Positions 36,373 through 48,581 of a stretch of 64,000 nt of DNA are shown here, piece after piece. A program made the position numbers and the translations under genes. Every line of letters starts with the position of its first letter. The first letter of the stretch is position 1. The DNA comes from Anthoceros angustus (Eukaryota; Plantae; Anthocerotophyta). Location: the NCBI GenBank assembly GCA_010909165.1, contig MU008183.1, positions 930,001-994,000 on the forward strand. Direction: 5' to 3'. A model generated the notes under the pieces. It ran no database searches. It was not told the DNA's origin and saw only the letters and a list, made by a program, of their open reading frames with translations.

Positions 36373-37569
36373 TCTGTGGTTGCAGAGACGCCAGCCGCAG
36401 CTCTACAGCTTGTCTCGGGAGTAATCCTGAGGTAGAGATGCAGGAGTAGAGCAGGGAGCAGAGCACGGAGTGTAGGCCTCGTGCTCAATGTCGGCCAAGT
36501 GCCATCAGAAACACTGCAGTATCGAGGGCTCGAGATTTGTCGTGCTGGCTACTTACATGAAGTGGATTGCATAGCGTAGTTCTGAGCACCCCAACTTTGC
36601 ATGGTGTAGGGGAACGAGAGAGGAGGTGGTGCTTGTGTATTTTCATGTGGGCTTATGAATGGCTATAGTTTGTATGATGCTCCAATCTTCCGGGTTGGAG
36701 TCCAACACTTTCGAGTTTGCGTAGACATAATTGTCGCGGACACAATAAAATGCATAGAATTCCATCGGCATTTCCTGGTGATCCCAGCGTAAGGGGTGTG
36801 CCCAGCTAACATCTAATCCGTTTGTCCATAGTTGTAACTCTACAGCTTAGTTTGGGATTAAGCCCTGAGGTAGAGGGTGAGAGAAGGGTACATTCGAGTG
36901 TGGACCTCTGCTTACTGTTGGCCCAGCACCGTCAGCAAGTGGGTTGCATAGTGTAGTTCCGAACAACCCAACTTTGCATGGTGTCTTGGTCTTGCGGACA
37001 AAGGAACGATAGTAGGTGTTTATGTATTTTCATTAAAAAATTATTGTTATTTATATTTATATTTTTCTTATGATGGATACATTAAAAAACCTGCTTGATT
37101 TTGGAATTTATCATCAGCGTGTTCTGGTGATTGATTCTAGGATTATGAGTAAAGGTTGTGGCCACTTGTCTTGATAGCATGAAGCATAACAAGCATGAAA
37201 AATATCAGGTAATAGTTAGGTATTATCATTTTAGTGGAAATATGTTACATAGCATAAGCTCAAGCTAAAAACTCTTGTTTATACTCAAATGTGATAAACT
37301 TGATAAAGTTGTACCACGTTTAAAGACTCTTGAAATCTTAATTCAATAATCTACATAAATTGAATCTTATACAAATAAAGAGAAATTTTTAATAATGATA
37401 TAAGATACAAAAGATGGGAACAAAAGAAATGTTTATTAAATAAAAAGATATAAAGATGAACCCGTCTACCAACCCTATGATAGGTTAAGAGAGTTCTATG
37501 AACTATAGGTACAACTTAGATTATGGTTGGAGGATCAGAGTAGGATGGAAGAACCGTGCTCTATATCCG

Positions 37570-37750
37570 ATCATGTATGTTTCCTCTTATGTCATGTTGA
37601 GGGAGATGTAAGGGCCTACATACCATTAGAGTCTTCAAAGATCTATCTCCAACACTTGTAATCCAATCATGTATGTTGCCTCTTATGTCATGTTGAGGGA
37701 GATGTAAGGGCCTACATACCATTAGAGTCTTCAAAGATCGATCTCCAATA
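37570..37750. repeat. ~95-bp tandem duplication
   Basis: ATCATGTATGTT..GAGGGAGATGTAAGGGCCTACATACCATTAGAGTCTTCAAAGATC twice. Confidence 0.9.
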
Positions 37751-38139
37751 TTTGTAGTTGTGGATTGTCGGATACAACAAGGGTACAAACAAAAGATTGA
37801 TAAATCAAACTTGCTAAAAAAACTCTTAAAATTTGATTAACCTTTGCTCGAGCTCATGTGCTCATGATGTCCCAATATTTACAAAATATATCTAGTAATA
37901 TATTTTCTCATGACTAAATCTATGCACTTGAAAACATTACCTATAAGGATAGGGTTTCTCCACCCTCATATTAACCTTACTGTCACATGTATTTTTCTTA
38001 CAAACACATGTGGAAGGCCAATGTTTCCATTGTCGCAGTTGCTCTCCCCATCCGCTCTCTGGAGGGCGCACCTAGGTGAGGCTTCTAGGTAACCCGTCAC
38101 GCCTTGAATGCAGCATACTGGAAGAGGGTCTGGGCCTCA

Positions 38140-38820
38140 AGCGGGTCTCGCATGAGACCATGTGTTGGGGCTCGACCTTGAAGCGCAAGATCTGCTTTCA
38201 CTGTTCAGGTGTGCGCCGGTTTCTCTAGAGCTACACCTTGAGGCGCGACCCCTACTATCGCCGTGTCTCGCAGGAGGTTCCCTTGTGTGAGACCTAGGTG
38301 CTCTCTTTCATGCATGAGACCTTGTTAAGGGGGGGTTGGTTTCTCTTTTGTGAAGCGAAAAGTAGAAGGTTTTTGTGTGTGAGACCTTTCTCGCAGGAGG
38401 TTCCCTTGTGTGAGACCTAGGTGCTCTCTTTCATGCATGAGACCTTGTTAAGGGGGGGTTGGTTTCTCTTTTGTGAAGCGAAGAGCATGAGGTTTTTGTG
38501 TGTGAGACCTTTTGTGAGACGAGGAGTAGGAGGCTCCCGGGTATGAAACCTAGGTGCTTTGTTCAAGAATCTTGTTATGAGGGCATCGATTTTTCTTTTG
38601 TGAGACGAAGATTTAGCATGAGACCTTGTTTTTAGGTGAGCTAGTTTCTTTAGCATGAGACTAGAGGTCTTTGGCACAAGAGGGTCTCACAACGGACTTT
38701 GTTCAAGGTTTCTCTCGCATGAGACTAGAGGTTTTCTTGCACAGGAGGTCTTGTATCATGAGACCTTTTATGAGGTTCCAATTTTTATATGAGTATCCTA
38801 TTTGTATGATGCGAGACTTT
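38140..38820. repeat. TGAGAC-motif-rich tract containing a ~121-bp tandem duplication (38267-38510); likely TE subterminal region
   Basis: More than ten GAGAC/GTCTC motifs; TCTCGCAGGAGGTTCCCTTGTGTGAGACCTAGGTGCTCTC occurs twice. Confidence 0.7.
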
Positions 38821-39683
38821 TTGTGTGTTTAATGTTTGAGTAGGTATTCTATGGTATCAGGTAGTAGTTTCGAGATGTGCCCGATGTTTATAATAACTAG
38901 GATGAAACTTACTATGTATGTATCAACATAAGTATTTAATTAGAACTAATATTTTATATGTAGATAATGATTTATAAATTATAGATAAATGAATAAATTT
39001 TTACAGCTTGGGATCTCATACACTACATATGTAGTGAACTAATATAATTATTTAATAACTTATATTAAAATATTTTTTGCAGATCATCTTGAGGGTACAT
39101 CAGATTACTAGTAATTAGAATAAAGAGTATTTGATAATTAGAATTAGGCATGTTATATGGTTATGGATATGGTGGTAAGAGTTTTTAATTGATATGATTA
39201 TGATGGTAATAATGATTAACTAATATGGATATGGTGTTAATAGTATTGAACTAATATTAATATATATATATATATAAATTATAATAAGATGTATCTATTA
39301 GTTAAAAATAACTATCTTAGGATAACTATCTATATACATAGATGATAGACGGACAAGGACTAATCTGACAGGTAAGAGAGTTATTTAAGATAGCAAACAG
39401 CTGTGTTTAGTATTGAAAAATATATATAAGAGACAAAACGGGAGTAGACAAGCGAAGAGGGTAATAAGTGTGGGATGGTTAAATAGGGGAATAGAAATGC
39501 GGGAGGGACTGAGAAAAGCAGAACATATCAGACTTTTGAAGTTCTTGACTTCATGCGCAATTTGGCGGAGTCCCGGTGCTGGCTGTTTAGGGTAGGCTTG
39601 GGACTGGTGAGCTGCTCGGGGGCTTAGCTGATTGTGGGAGGCAAGGCAAGGGAGGGCAAGGCGATCAAGACTGGTGTGCAACA

Positions 39684-41051
39684 ATGGAGGGGGGTTCGCA
39701 GTCGGGCAATCCGCGGACCGTGGAAGATGTGTTCAAAGATTTCAAAGGGAGGCGAAGCGGGATGCTCAAGGCTCTCACCACTGGTGCGTCCTGCAGTTCC
39801 CGCTCCCGCACCGCCTGCTTGCCTGCCTGCCTGTCTTTGGAGCTGCCGGCCTTGCTTCCGTGCTTGCCCCGCATTCTAGAGATGCTCCCGCTCCAGCATG
39901 CAGATGCCGCGCTTGCCTGGGACTGTGTGCTGGCTAACGCGCATTGCTGTGGTGTGGCCGGTGAATGCAGATGTGGAGGAATTTTACCGGCTGTGCGATC
40001 CAGGTCGGTGCAAGATTTCCGCTTGCCGTTGCTGCTGGAGCCTGTGGCTTGCGCCCGCCTGCTGACCTAGTCGCGTGTGCAGATAAGGAAAACCTGTGTC
40101 TTTACGGATTTCCGAACGAAGGCTGGGAGGTGAATTTGCCTGCGGAGGAGGTTCCTCCGGAGCTTCCCGAACCAGCGCTAGGCATTAACTTTGCAAGAAA
40201 TGGCATGCATCGGAAGGACTGGTTATCTTTGGTTGCGGTGCACAGTGATGTTTGGCTTCTTTCCGTTGCCTTCTTCTATGGTGCGCGGCTGGATAAAAAC
40301 GAGAGGTAGGTCGTCAGGCCTGTCGCGCTCGTCTCCGAGGCTGTTCTGGATGTCGGTGTTCTGGATCGCAATTCCGTTGTGTTTTCCTTGTACGGTAGGC
40401 GCATCGGTAGCTTGCTTCGCTTCCGCTTTAAGTTAGCTTAGGCATGTGGTTGTTTTTCGCTGTCGCGGTCCAGCGGATGGCAGTTTGTGCAGAAGATGTT
40501 ACTGATGTTTAGTGTGTCCCCTGACTGGGTCTTTTTATTGCGTGCCGTGAGCAGGAAGCGTCTTTTTAACATGGTGAATGAGCTTCCGACTGTATTTGAT
40601 GTAGTGACTGGGAAGAAGCCTCCTAAGGAAAAAGCTTATTCCAACAACAGTGGAAGCAAGAGCAAGCCTCCTGCAAAAATGGTGACACAGCTCGATCCCT
40701 TGCCCTTTCTTTTCTTCCGGAGTGCGCCTTGCTACGTTGTGACTGGTTTGCTTGTTTGCTGACAAAAGTGGCGTGGTTGTTGTGGAACTGCAGCCTAAAT
40801 TGTCAAGCCCCGCTCCAGCCCTTCAGCAGCCTGATGAAGAGGATACACTGGAAGATGAGGAAGAGGAGCACGGTGATACCACATGTGGAAGCTGTGGGAC
40901 CAAATATGCCACGAACGAGTTCTGGATTGCCTGCGACTTCTGTCTAAGGTGGTTCCACGGCAAATGTGTGAAGATCACTGCAACCAAGGCGGAACACATC
41001 AAGCAGTACAAGTGTCCAACGTGCCTTAAGAAGCCACGCATAAGCGGATGA
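39684..41051 (+). CDS. AL: Alfin-like PHD finger protein; exons 39684-39783, 39971-40003, 40083-40305, 40555-40681, 40794-41051
   Basis: [48 protein letters not shown]-terminal [30 protein letters not shown]; all introns GT-AG and frame-consistent. Confidence 0.96.
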
Positions 41052-42079
41052 CGTTACTTGATCTTATGGCAGCCCACAGTACAGTGGCTTGCAGAGGAGA
41101 CCACCTTAGCTTGCATCATTCTTTCTATGTCACTGAAAGCAGTAGTAGAGGTGCAAATTGTTCCTTCGCATGATGGACGATGTTGTTGAAAGTCGGGGGA
41201 TTGCTGTTGTCCTTGGTCAACCTTAGGTTAGGCCAAGGTATCAACGTATAACCAGCAGGTTCAGTGCAAGACTCAACTGGGACTATTGGCTGCAAGGTAG
41301 AGCTTTTCCTGTCTAGTGTTGTAGTGTTCTGTCTTTACTTACTGCTCAGGTGTAAGAACTCATCGCTGTGTGCAGCTCTGCACACGTAAAACGTTTGAAA
41401 CTTCCCAAGTTTTGAGTGTAGGTGGCTCTCTTATTATGCCAGCTTAGGAACTAGGTCTAGGTGTAAACGTATTTTCTTCAGGGACATGCCTCACTTGATC
41501 GGGATTATTTTGCACTCCTGCAAGGTATAGCCTCTCCTGTCTGGGTACAGCAGTGCTAGGTTTTGCTATTCACTATGAGCAGTTGTACATTTGCACACTT
41601 GTGAGCAGTTTGAGAGGCTCTTCGAAGTGTGTAAACCACACACCTCTTCCTTCACTGGGTTTTATGTTCCCTTCCCTGCTACCCACTGCGCGAGAGAGGA
41701 AAAGTTTGCACTATCTGAATTGTCCTCTGGCAGCAGCAGGTGGCTACAGGCATCTCATCTGCTCCCAGAGAGGTTTCCAGAAGCATTTGTGGAAGCTTCA
41801 GGTGTTTGTGTAGCTATGGCTGATTTATGACAACAATCAGTGGCTCGAAGGCTTGAAACGTAAGCTGGATTGGACTGCCGTTGACAGGGTGGGCCAATGC
41901 GAAGTCGGCAAGAATCTTGTGGGCCATGTGCTCGTGGCCAACCAGTACCTGAGAGAGGAGTACACATACATACCTCGGGTCCGTGCCTTTCTGCCGTGTG
42001 AGAGAGAATACACAAGTCAGCGGTGACGAGGTCTCTCATCAGTGAACGCCTCTCTCGTGTTCCCCTCTTGCATGTGCAC

Positions 42080-42250
42080 TGCGTACATGTACATACATAC
42101 GTACCGTATATTGTAGTCAGCCTTCACACTGTGTATCTTCACATAAAACTACATACATACATACATCCATCCATCGATACATCCATCCATACATCCATCC
42201 ATACGTACATTCATACATACATATGTACGTACAGTGTTGTACATACGTCG
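42080..42250. repeat. Degenerate (TACA/TCCA)n microsatellite
   Basis: Runs of ACAT/CCAT tetramers. Confidence 0.8.
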
Positions 42251-44373
42251 TAAACACTAACAGACAGGGGCGTTCAAGCTACCGGGCATCGCGGAAAGCG
42301 TGTGATCACATTTAATTATCCTCCGGCGATCGCATCTTGGCAGCTTCCTCATCTTCCACGAATTAAATCGCGGATTAGGTGGAGCCTCTTGTGCGGAGTG
42401 TCGCTCTTGGGGTTAGCAGAGCTGTGCGTACTCTCGGCAACCTTGTACATACCAAACTTTCTAGATCCCACCGTCGGACACGCTCGTGTCTCGATGCCTT
42501 TTCATCGCGGCATGTGCCGACCAGATTCCTTCCCTGCGATGCATACAACAACTTGTCCATCTTCTCCTTCCTCCTGCATCAAAAGCACCAAACCGGCCGA
42601 GCCCGAATAGGCAGAGCGTGCTTCAACATAAGTCTGCAAACAAAAACACCTTCGGCGAACTCAGGATACAAAAGCAAGCCACTCGCAAGCAGCCCTGCTG
42701 CGAAGGGTCGCACGACTGCAGCAGCAAGGCAACTTGGAAGGAGAACCGGACGACGCTCCTCTTGCAGATTCGGATTCACAAATCGGATGAGCTGGCTCGC
42801 TTCTCCCCTACTCTACTTTCCAAACCCTAGGAGGCGCTTTCGATTCTTGGAAACCCTGCAGCACGGAGGCAGAAGATCCACGCTACTAGGTGCTCCCAGG
42901 CTACGTCATCGCCACACAAGGTGCAGCATGGACCTGCTGCTCGAAGTCGCAAGGCGGAAGGAAACTGCTGCAATTGGACACCGCTCCGCTGTACAAGACT
43001 CCGTTCCCGGTGACCTACTATTTTCAATGGCTTTTTACGGTTTAATATCTGCATAACACGACCACCCGGAGCTTCAAATTCAAATGAAGCGACCAAGCGA
43101 CATCAGCACGGACAATACCCAGAACAATTCGCTTTAAAAAACGCAAAGCCACGACAGGAAGGCCAGGACTCGGGACTCGGTTGCAACGGAGTCTTCTTTT
43201 GGGTTCTTGATTCTTCGGTCTTCTTCAATTGAAAAGCTTTGTACCACCTTATTGTTTCATATAATTATTTATTTTAATAGGTATAATTTTTAATAGTAGT
43301 CAGATGCCCATATAACTACCTATTTGATAAGATAGAATAATTATACAACCATCCAACCAATAGAATTATTCCATTGGCTATACCTATCAATACTAATATA
43401 TGTGGATCTATTTTACCTTACTACAATAATTATAATAAAAAATCATATATCATTTTAATAATAATAATAATAATTATTAAATAGAGAATTTAAAATATTT
43501 ATCCCAAAGAAATTTAGGGCTACAAATCTCAAGCGTGGACATCACAATATATTATGGTTTCACTACATGTAATGGTCCCTAAAGTAATTAATGCAAAAAG
43601 CTCCCAAGAGCTTTGCATATTACCTTCAATCCACAGTGGCTATTGGGGCACAACATAATGAAAACACATTACCTATTATATATGTACATGATCAATATGG
43701 GGGTGCTAAGTATAAATAAACATAGAGCCCAGATGAAACTAATGAATACATTCGATGCTAAGTATAAGTAAGGATAGAACCCGAAAGAGACTAATGGACA
43801 CATTTCTTGTTTCATTTGTGCATGAACAATATGGTGGAACTAGAGTACCATTCTAACATTGACATATCCACATAAAGAATCACTTACTAGAGAGCAAAAA
43901 AAAAAAAATAAGATTATAATATAATAATATTAAAAAGGATGAATTAAGATTTTAATTTTAGCTAAAATTAGTTTATATATTTATTTTTTTCTCCCCATAT
44001 ATCATAGTCCATTGGAGTCCCACGGTCGTCGGTCGTTGATGTACAAAACAAAGGAGTGAAAACAAGTCCCGAGCTCGGGTCGTAATAGGAAAGACAGGTT
44101 TGATGAGAGAGAGGCAACCCTAACAAGGGTAGAGAGAGAAAGTGGGTAGGTATTCAGGTAGCTAGTAGCTATATGTCAGGATGGAGGAACAATTGACGAT
44201 AGTTGCCGTTGTTTTACATACCGCTCTCAGGTGGCGCCTGCCACTCGGCACGGGCCATCAGGCCATCATAGGTGGGGGAGGCTCGATTGTCTGCAGGAGC
44301 GATGATGGCTGGACGTGCGTGAAGCGTGAAGGAAGGCGTGACAGGGACGGGGCGAAGCCTGGCCTGGCTTGGC

Positions 44374-45624
44374 ATGGGAGAACAGATTGCGCCTTCGCAG
44401 GCGTCGCATCTCAACGGGGGCGTGGTCCTGGAGCCTGTGGTGTCGGGAGGCAAGGGGGATGAGCTGGGAGTGGCGGGAGCGGGAGCGGGAGCTGGAGTTG
44501 GAGCTGGAGGAGGAAGATTGGCGGGAGGAGACGCGTCTCGCTGCAGGCCGCTCACGGTGTTCAAGCTGCTGCGGGGATTTGTGTGCCTCTTCGTGCTGGT
44601 GCTGACGGCATTTGTGACCTTGATCTTCCCGGGGCCGCCTGTGATGGTGGTGCGGCTCTTCAGCGTGCGCTACTTCAGGAAGTGCACGGGCTTCTTCTTC
44701 GGGCATTGGCTGTCCATGTGGCCGTTTCTGTTCGAGAAGATCAACCGGACGAGAGTGGTGTTCTCGGGGGAGAAGGTGCCGGCGGGGGAGCGGGCCATGG
44801 TGATCTGCAACCACCGCACGGAGGTGGACTGGATGTACATTTGGAACCTGGCAACGCGCAAGGAGCGCATCGGGTTTGTCAAGTATGCGCTGAAGAGCAG
44901 CGTGAGGAATGCTCCTCTATTCGGCTGGGCCTTCCATATGCTGGAATTTCTGTTTCTGGACAGGAAGTGGGAGGTGGACGCGCCGGTGATAGCGGCTCAT
45001 TTGGCAACCTTCCAAGATCGCCGGGACGCACTGTGGCTGGTGCTGTTTCCCGAGGGCACGGACTTCGCGGAGCACAAGAAGATTCAGAGCCACAGGTTTG
45101 CGGAGCAGCAGGGGCTGCCGAAGCTGGACAACGTGCTGGGGCCGCGTACTAAGGGCTTCTTTGCTTGCGTCTCGCAGCTGCGGCCGACTCTGGATGCCGT
45201 CTATGACCTCACTATCGCCTACAAGTACCGCTGCCCCTCGTTTGTGGACAATCTGTTCGGGATCAACCCCGAGGAGGTGCACATCCATGTGCGCCGGGTG
45301 GCCGTGGACGGGGTGCCGCAATTGGAGGCGGACTCCTCCGCCTGGCTCAACGACGCCTTCCACCAGAAGGACCAGCTGCTGCACCAGTTCAATCGCGTCG
45401 GCTGCTTTCCCTCCGCAGTAGACGAGGGGGAATTGAGCGCGGTACAGGGTGCGGGGACGGCCGCCTTCTTCTCGCTTTGCAGCTTCGCTGCCGTATACGC
45501 AGTGTGGAGGAGCTCCTGGGTATTGGCCTATGTTGTCCTCAGCTGCCTGGTTCTTACCACGGCCACTTTCTTGGACTGGAGGCCTCAGCCCGTCTTGGGC
45601 TCATCGAGGAAACGAACTTCCTGA
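44374..45624 (+). CDS. LPAT: 1-acyl-sn-glycerol-3-phosphate acyltransferase, LPAT4/5-like, intronless, 416 aa
   Basis: Acyltransferase motifs NHRTEVDW and FPEGTD, LDAVYDLTIAY, hydrophobic N- and C-terminal segments. Confidence 0.93.
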   Translation: MGEQIAPSQASHLNGGVVLEPVVSGGKGDELGVAGAGAGAGVGAGGGRLAGGDASRCRPLTVFKLLRGFVCLFVLVLTAFVTLIFPGPPVMVVRLFSVRYFRKCTGFFFGHWLSMWPFLFEKINRTRVVFSGEKVPAGERAMVICNHRTEVDWMYIWNLATRKERIGFVKYALKSSVRNAPLFGWAFHMLEFLFLDRKWEVDAPVIAAHLATFQDRRDALWLVLFPEGTDFAEHKKIQSHRFAEQQGLPKLDNVLGPRTKGFFACVSQLRPTLDAVYDLTIAYKYRCPSFVDNLFGINPEEVHIHVRRVAVDGVPQLEADSSAWLNDAFHQKDQLLHQFNRVGCFPSAVDEGELSAVQGAGTAAFFSLCSFAAVYAVWRSSWVLAYVVLSCLVLTTATFLDWRPQPVLGSSRKRTS

Positions 45625-45787
45625 GCATCATCCTCGGCTTACTTTTGCTTCATCTTATTGCTTCCTCCCGCCGGCTGGTGGAGTATTTGTTGAATTCTTC
45701 CTGTGACCGACAGGAGGAATAGCACAGCATGCATGTTGCTACTACAATTATTGCTTTAGGATAGGTAGATTGGGACAAGCGCTCGGC

Positions 45788-45846
45788 CAGGACAGGACAG
45801 TTCTGGTCTGGTCTGGCCAGGTCAGGTCAGGTCAGGTCAGGTCAGG
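45788..45846. repeat. (GGTCA)n pentanucleotide microsatellite
   Basis: CAGGT repeated about six times after related GGACA/GGTCT units. Confidence 0.85.
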
Positions 45847-46692
45847 GGAAAGCGTACTGGACGGCATGGATTTAATGTTGCTGGATGCAGGTACGTTTTG
45901 ATAACATCGAAATTTTAGTCTACGTAAGCACAGTGAACGTGGTTTAGGTTCTTTTGTGCTTTCGCATTCATGTCCATTGAAGCCGGTATGGCCGTAGCAG
46001 ACACACTGGTAGGATGTACATATGTACATACTCCTGTCGCATTACAGTAATGTTTTTAGTCCAACGGAGTGCGTACTAGGTAGAACCTTACCATCACAGT
46101 ACTAAGGGGTTAATTTGTTTTGTCAGGGAACGAGGTGTGGCATTTCGTGTCATGAATGAATGAAGGAATGAATGACGTTGTGTTTTGACCGGCAGTGGTT
46201 GTAGCTTACGCATGGCAACACAAGTTGAAAAAGGAGGAGAGTGTGCTTTATTGTGTGAGGAACAGCTTGTGGCTCTCTCAAAGGAATTCATTCATTGTCT
46301 TCCTACAAATGTTTATTTAGCTCAAATGAAGCATGTCTTTCAGGATGCTCTTTTTCTGCCTACTGCCTCTCATGGTAACCATCATCTACAAAAGAATCAT
46401 GCTAAGAACAAATTGATGCAGTTCTGGCCTCAAAGTTTTCAAGCGGCAATGCAGGGGCGTCAGCATCAGCTAGCTAGCCCATGCAGTGCCCTAACTAACA
46501 ATAATTCAAACGCCTATAGTACATGTGCTCCAGTCATCAATCACAGAAGCAGAAAGACTCCAGTCACCGATCACTGGAGCAGATAACCAGAGCTGAAACA
46601 CATCATTTCAAGAGCTGCAGAACCCGAACTTACCCTACACATCGTTTGAACAGCTGTTCTAAGCATCATTCAACCCTACGTACGCTTGGGGC

Positions 46693-47850
46693 TCAGAATA
46701 CTTTTGGGATGAGGTATTTTCTGTCTTCAGGAAAGCCATCCACCTTCTTCAAGTACCACTCTTTGGTTGCCACGGCTCGTGTTGTCATGTAGATCACCAC
46801 AAATACTCCTGTCCAGAATGCGATTGATGTCTGGCATATCATGGCAATACCTATGAAGTCGATGATCTCGAAGACGTAGTGAGGGCAGACCAGGTACTCG
46901 AAGGGGCCGCCTGTGGGCACCACGTAGTTTGTATGACTGATGAGGCGCCTTACGAAGAATCCAGACCTAGCCTCCTTTCGAAAACCTGCCAGCTTGTAGT
47001 GACAGTAGAAGTTCCCAGCCACTCCCACCAGGAAGGTGTAGAGGCCGAACCATTTCAGGTTCACTGCAGGTCCATTCAGGTTGGAAGCAATCTCTTGGCC
47101 ATATAGTAGGTTCACGACTCCGATACAGTAAGCGGTTGATATCGCCACAGCTTGGACAGCATGGACTGTTCCTGAGTAGACATGGAGGAACAGGATCTGG
47201 TCCACACATTTGTTTTGAAAGCGGAGAGTGAGTTGAGTGAGTGAGTGTGTCATGCATGCATTCACTTCAAGAAGTTAAAATTTTCAGTGAGACTCTTTGC
47301 GGACTTATTAAGCATAGTGCAGCAGGAGGATGATTCTATGCCAAGAGGACTGCGATTCCTGGAGATATAATTGTGGTCGAACTCATGTCAATTGCCGGCA
47401 AGCCAGTGTGTTGGGATGCAGTGATGGGATGATGATATCTTGCAAAAAAAGAAGCGTGCAAAGAGCACTGACCTCGAGGACTCGCTTCCCGAAATGTATG
47501 ATAAGCGCGGAAGCCAGCATGCGCATTCTTCTGTCCCAGTCTCTATGAAAGGAGATATGGTTGGCCCAGCCTGTGAGATGCAGCTTGTACATCACGTCCA
47601 CGGGGTCCAGGAATCCCAGCTTGGTGAGCAAGAAGGAGACGGCAATCACCGCGGACGGAACATACATAATAAGCATCCCGCGTTTACTTGTAATCTGGTG
47701 GTGCTTGGTGTTATCAGCAAACTTGGAATACTGAAGGCTCTTGCCGGTCATTTCCATCACTGCCACCACCACTCCGACGGCCAGCATAACCATCTCCGAA
47801 ACCTTGAGGTAGTGGTTCTCATGTCTATCGAACAGGAAAGTAGTACTCAT
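46693..47850 (-). CDS. 3-oxo-5-alpha-steroid 4-dehydrogenase (Steroid_dh) family membrane protein; exons 47850-47473, 47196-46693; 293 aa
   Basis: LQYSKFA, HFGKRVLE|ILFLHVYSG, GNFYCHYKLAGFR, YVVPTGGPFEYLVCPHYVFEI, RKYLIPKVF; phase-0 GT-AG intron. Confidence 0.9.
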
Positions 47851-48581
47851 TTTTCCAGCTGTAGGAGCATAAGCAACGTTGGCCTGACACTCTGTGCGAT
47901 TGTCCGCGAGATGCGCCAGGGCCCCTGGTCAGTCCTGCTCAAAATTTTCTCTAACCTACCCGGGCCGGACAACGCATTTCCCCGATGCTCTTCTCCGAAA
48001 CCCCTCCGACCACCACTTCTCGACCTCTATCCAGATCTGCAACTGCATCAGCCTTTGGGATCACCTGGACCATGATGCGCTCCTTGTTCCCAGATCCTTG
48101 CTCCGCAACGAAACAAAATTTCAAGAAAATGCAATCACGCCATCCGCATTCTGGCCTGCGGAGGATTCACATTGAATAATCTTCCATGGCCATGGCCACA
48201 GCCACGCTGCTGCTCCTCTCGGACGCGATACAGGTCACCCGGCAACAGAGGACGTGCAGACTCGGAAAAACGCCAACCCCGAACACCTACACTGCCAAGA
48301 TGCCATGGAGCCTTGCGTAATGCGGCACCTCACCCCGATCTGGATCATGCGTCTGCGTCCAGTGAAGCAAGCCTGCAGGGAAGGAAGAGGTGCATCGCTC
48401 GCGAGCCTGCGCACACAGGAATCAAGGCGGCGGTTTGGTGTCACTTCGCAGGGGCACAGCGTCGCTTCCCCGTTCGACAACAAATGACCGTTCACACCTG
48501 CCTACTCCAAACTTTTTCCCGTCCCGGTTTCTTTGTCCTTCCGCCTCTCTCCGCCGCTGTTATACATCCTCTTATGAGGGT

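Noticed and set aside
41100-43200. ORFs up to 225 aa and a possible miRNA hairpin
   Set aside because: No domain, no coding-like composition and no match to conserved plant miRNAs that I recall; could be a lncRNA but unsupported.
43240-44020. AT-rich block as a MITE or Helitron
   Set aside because: No convincing TIR, TSD or hairpin-CTRR end found by eye.
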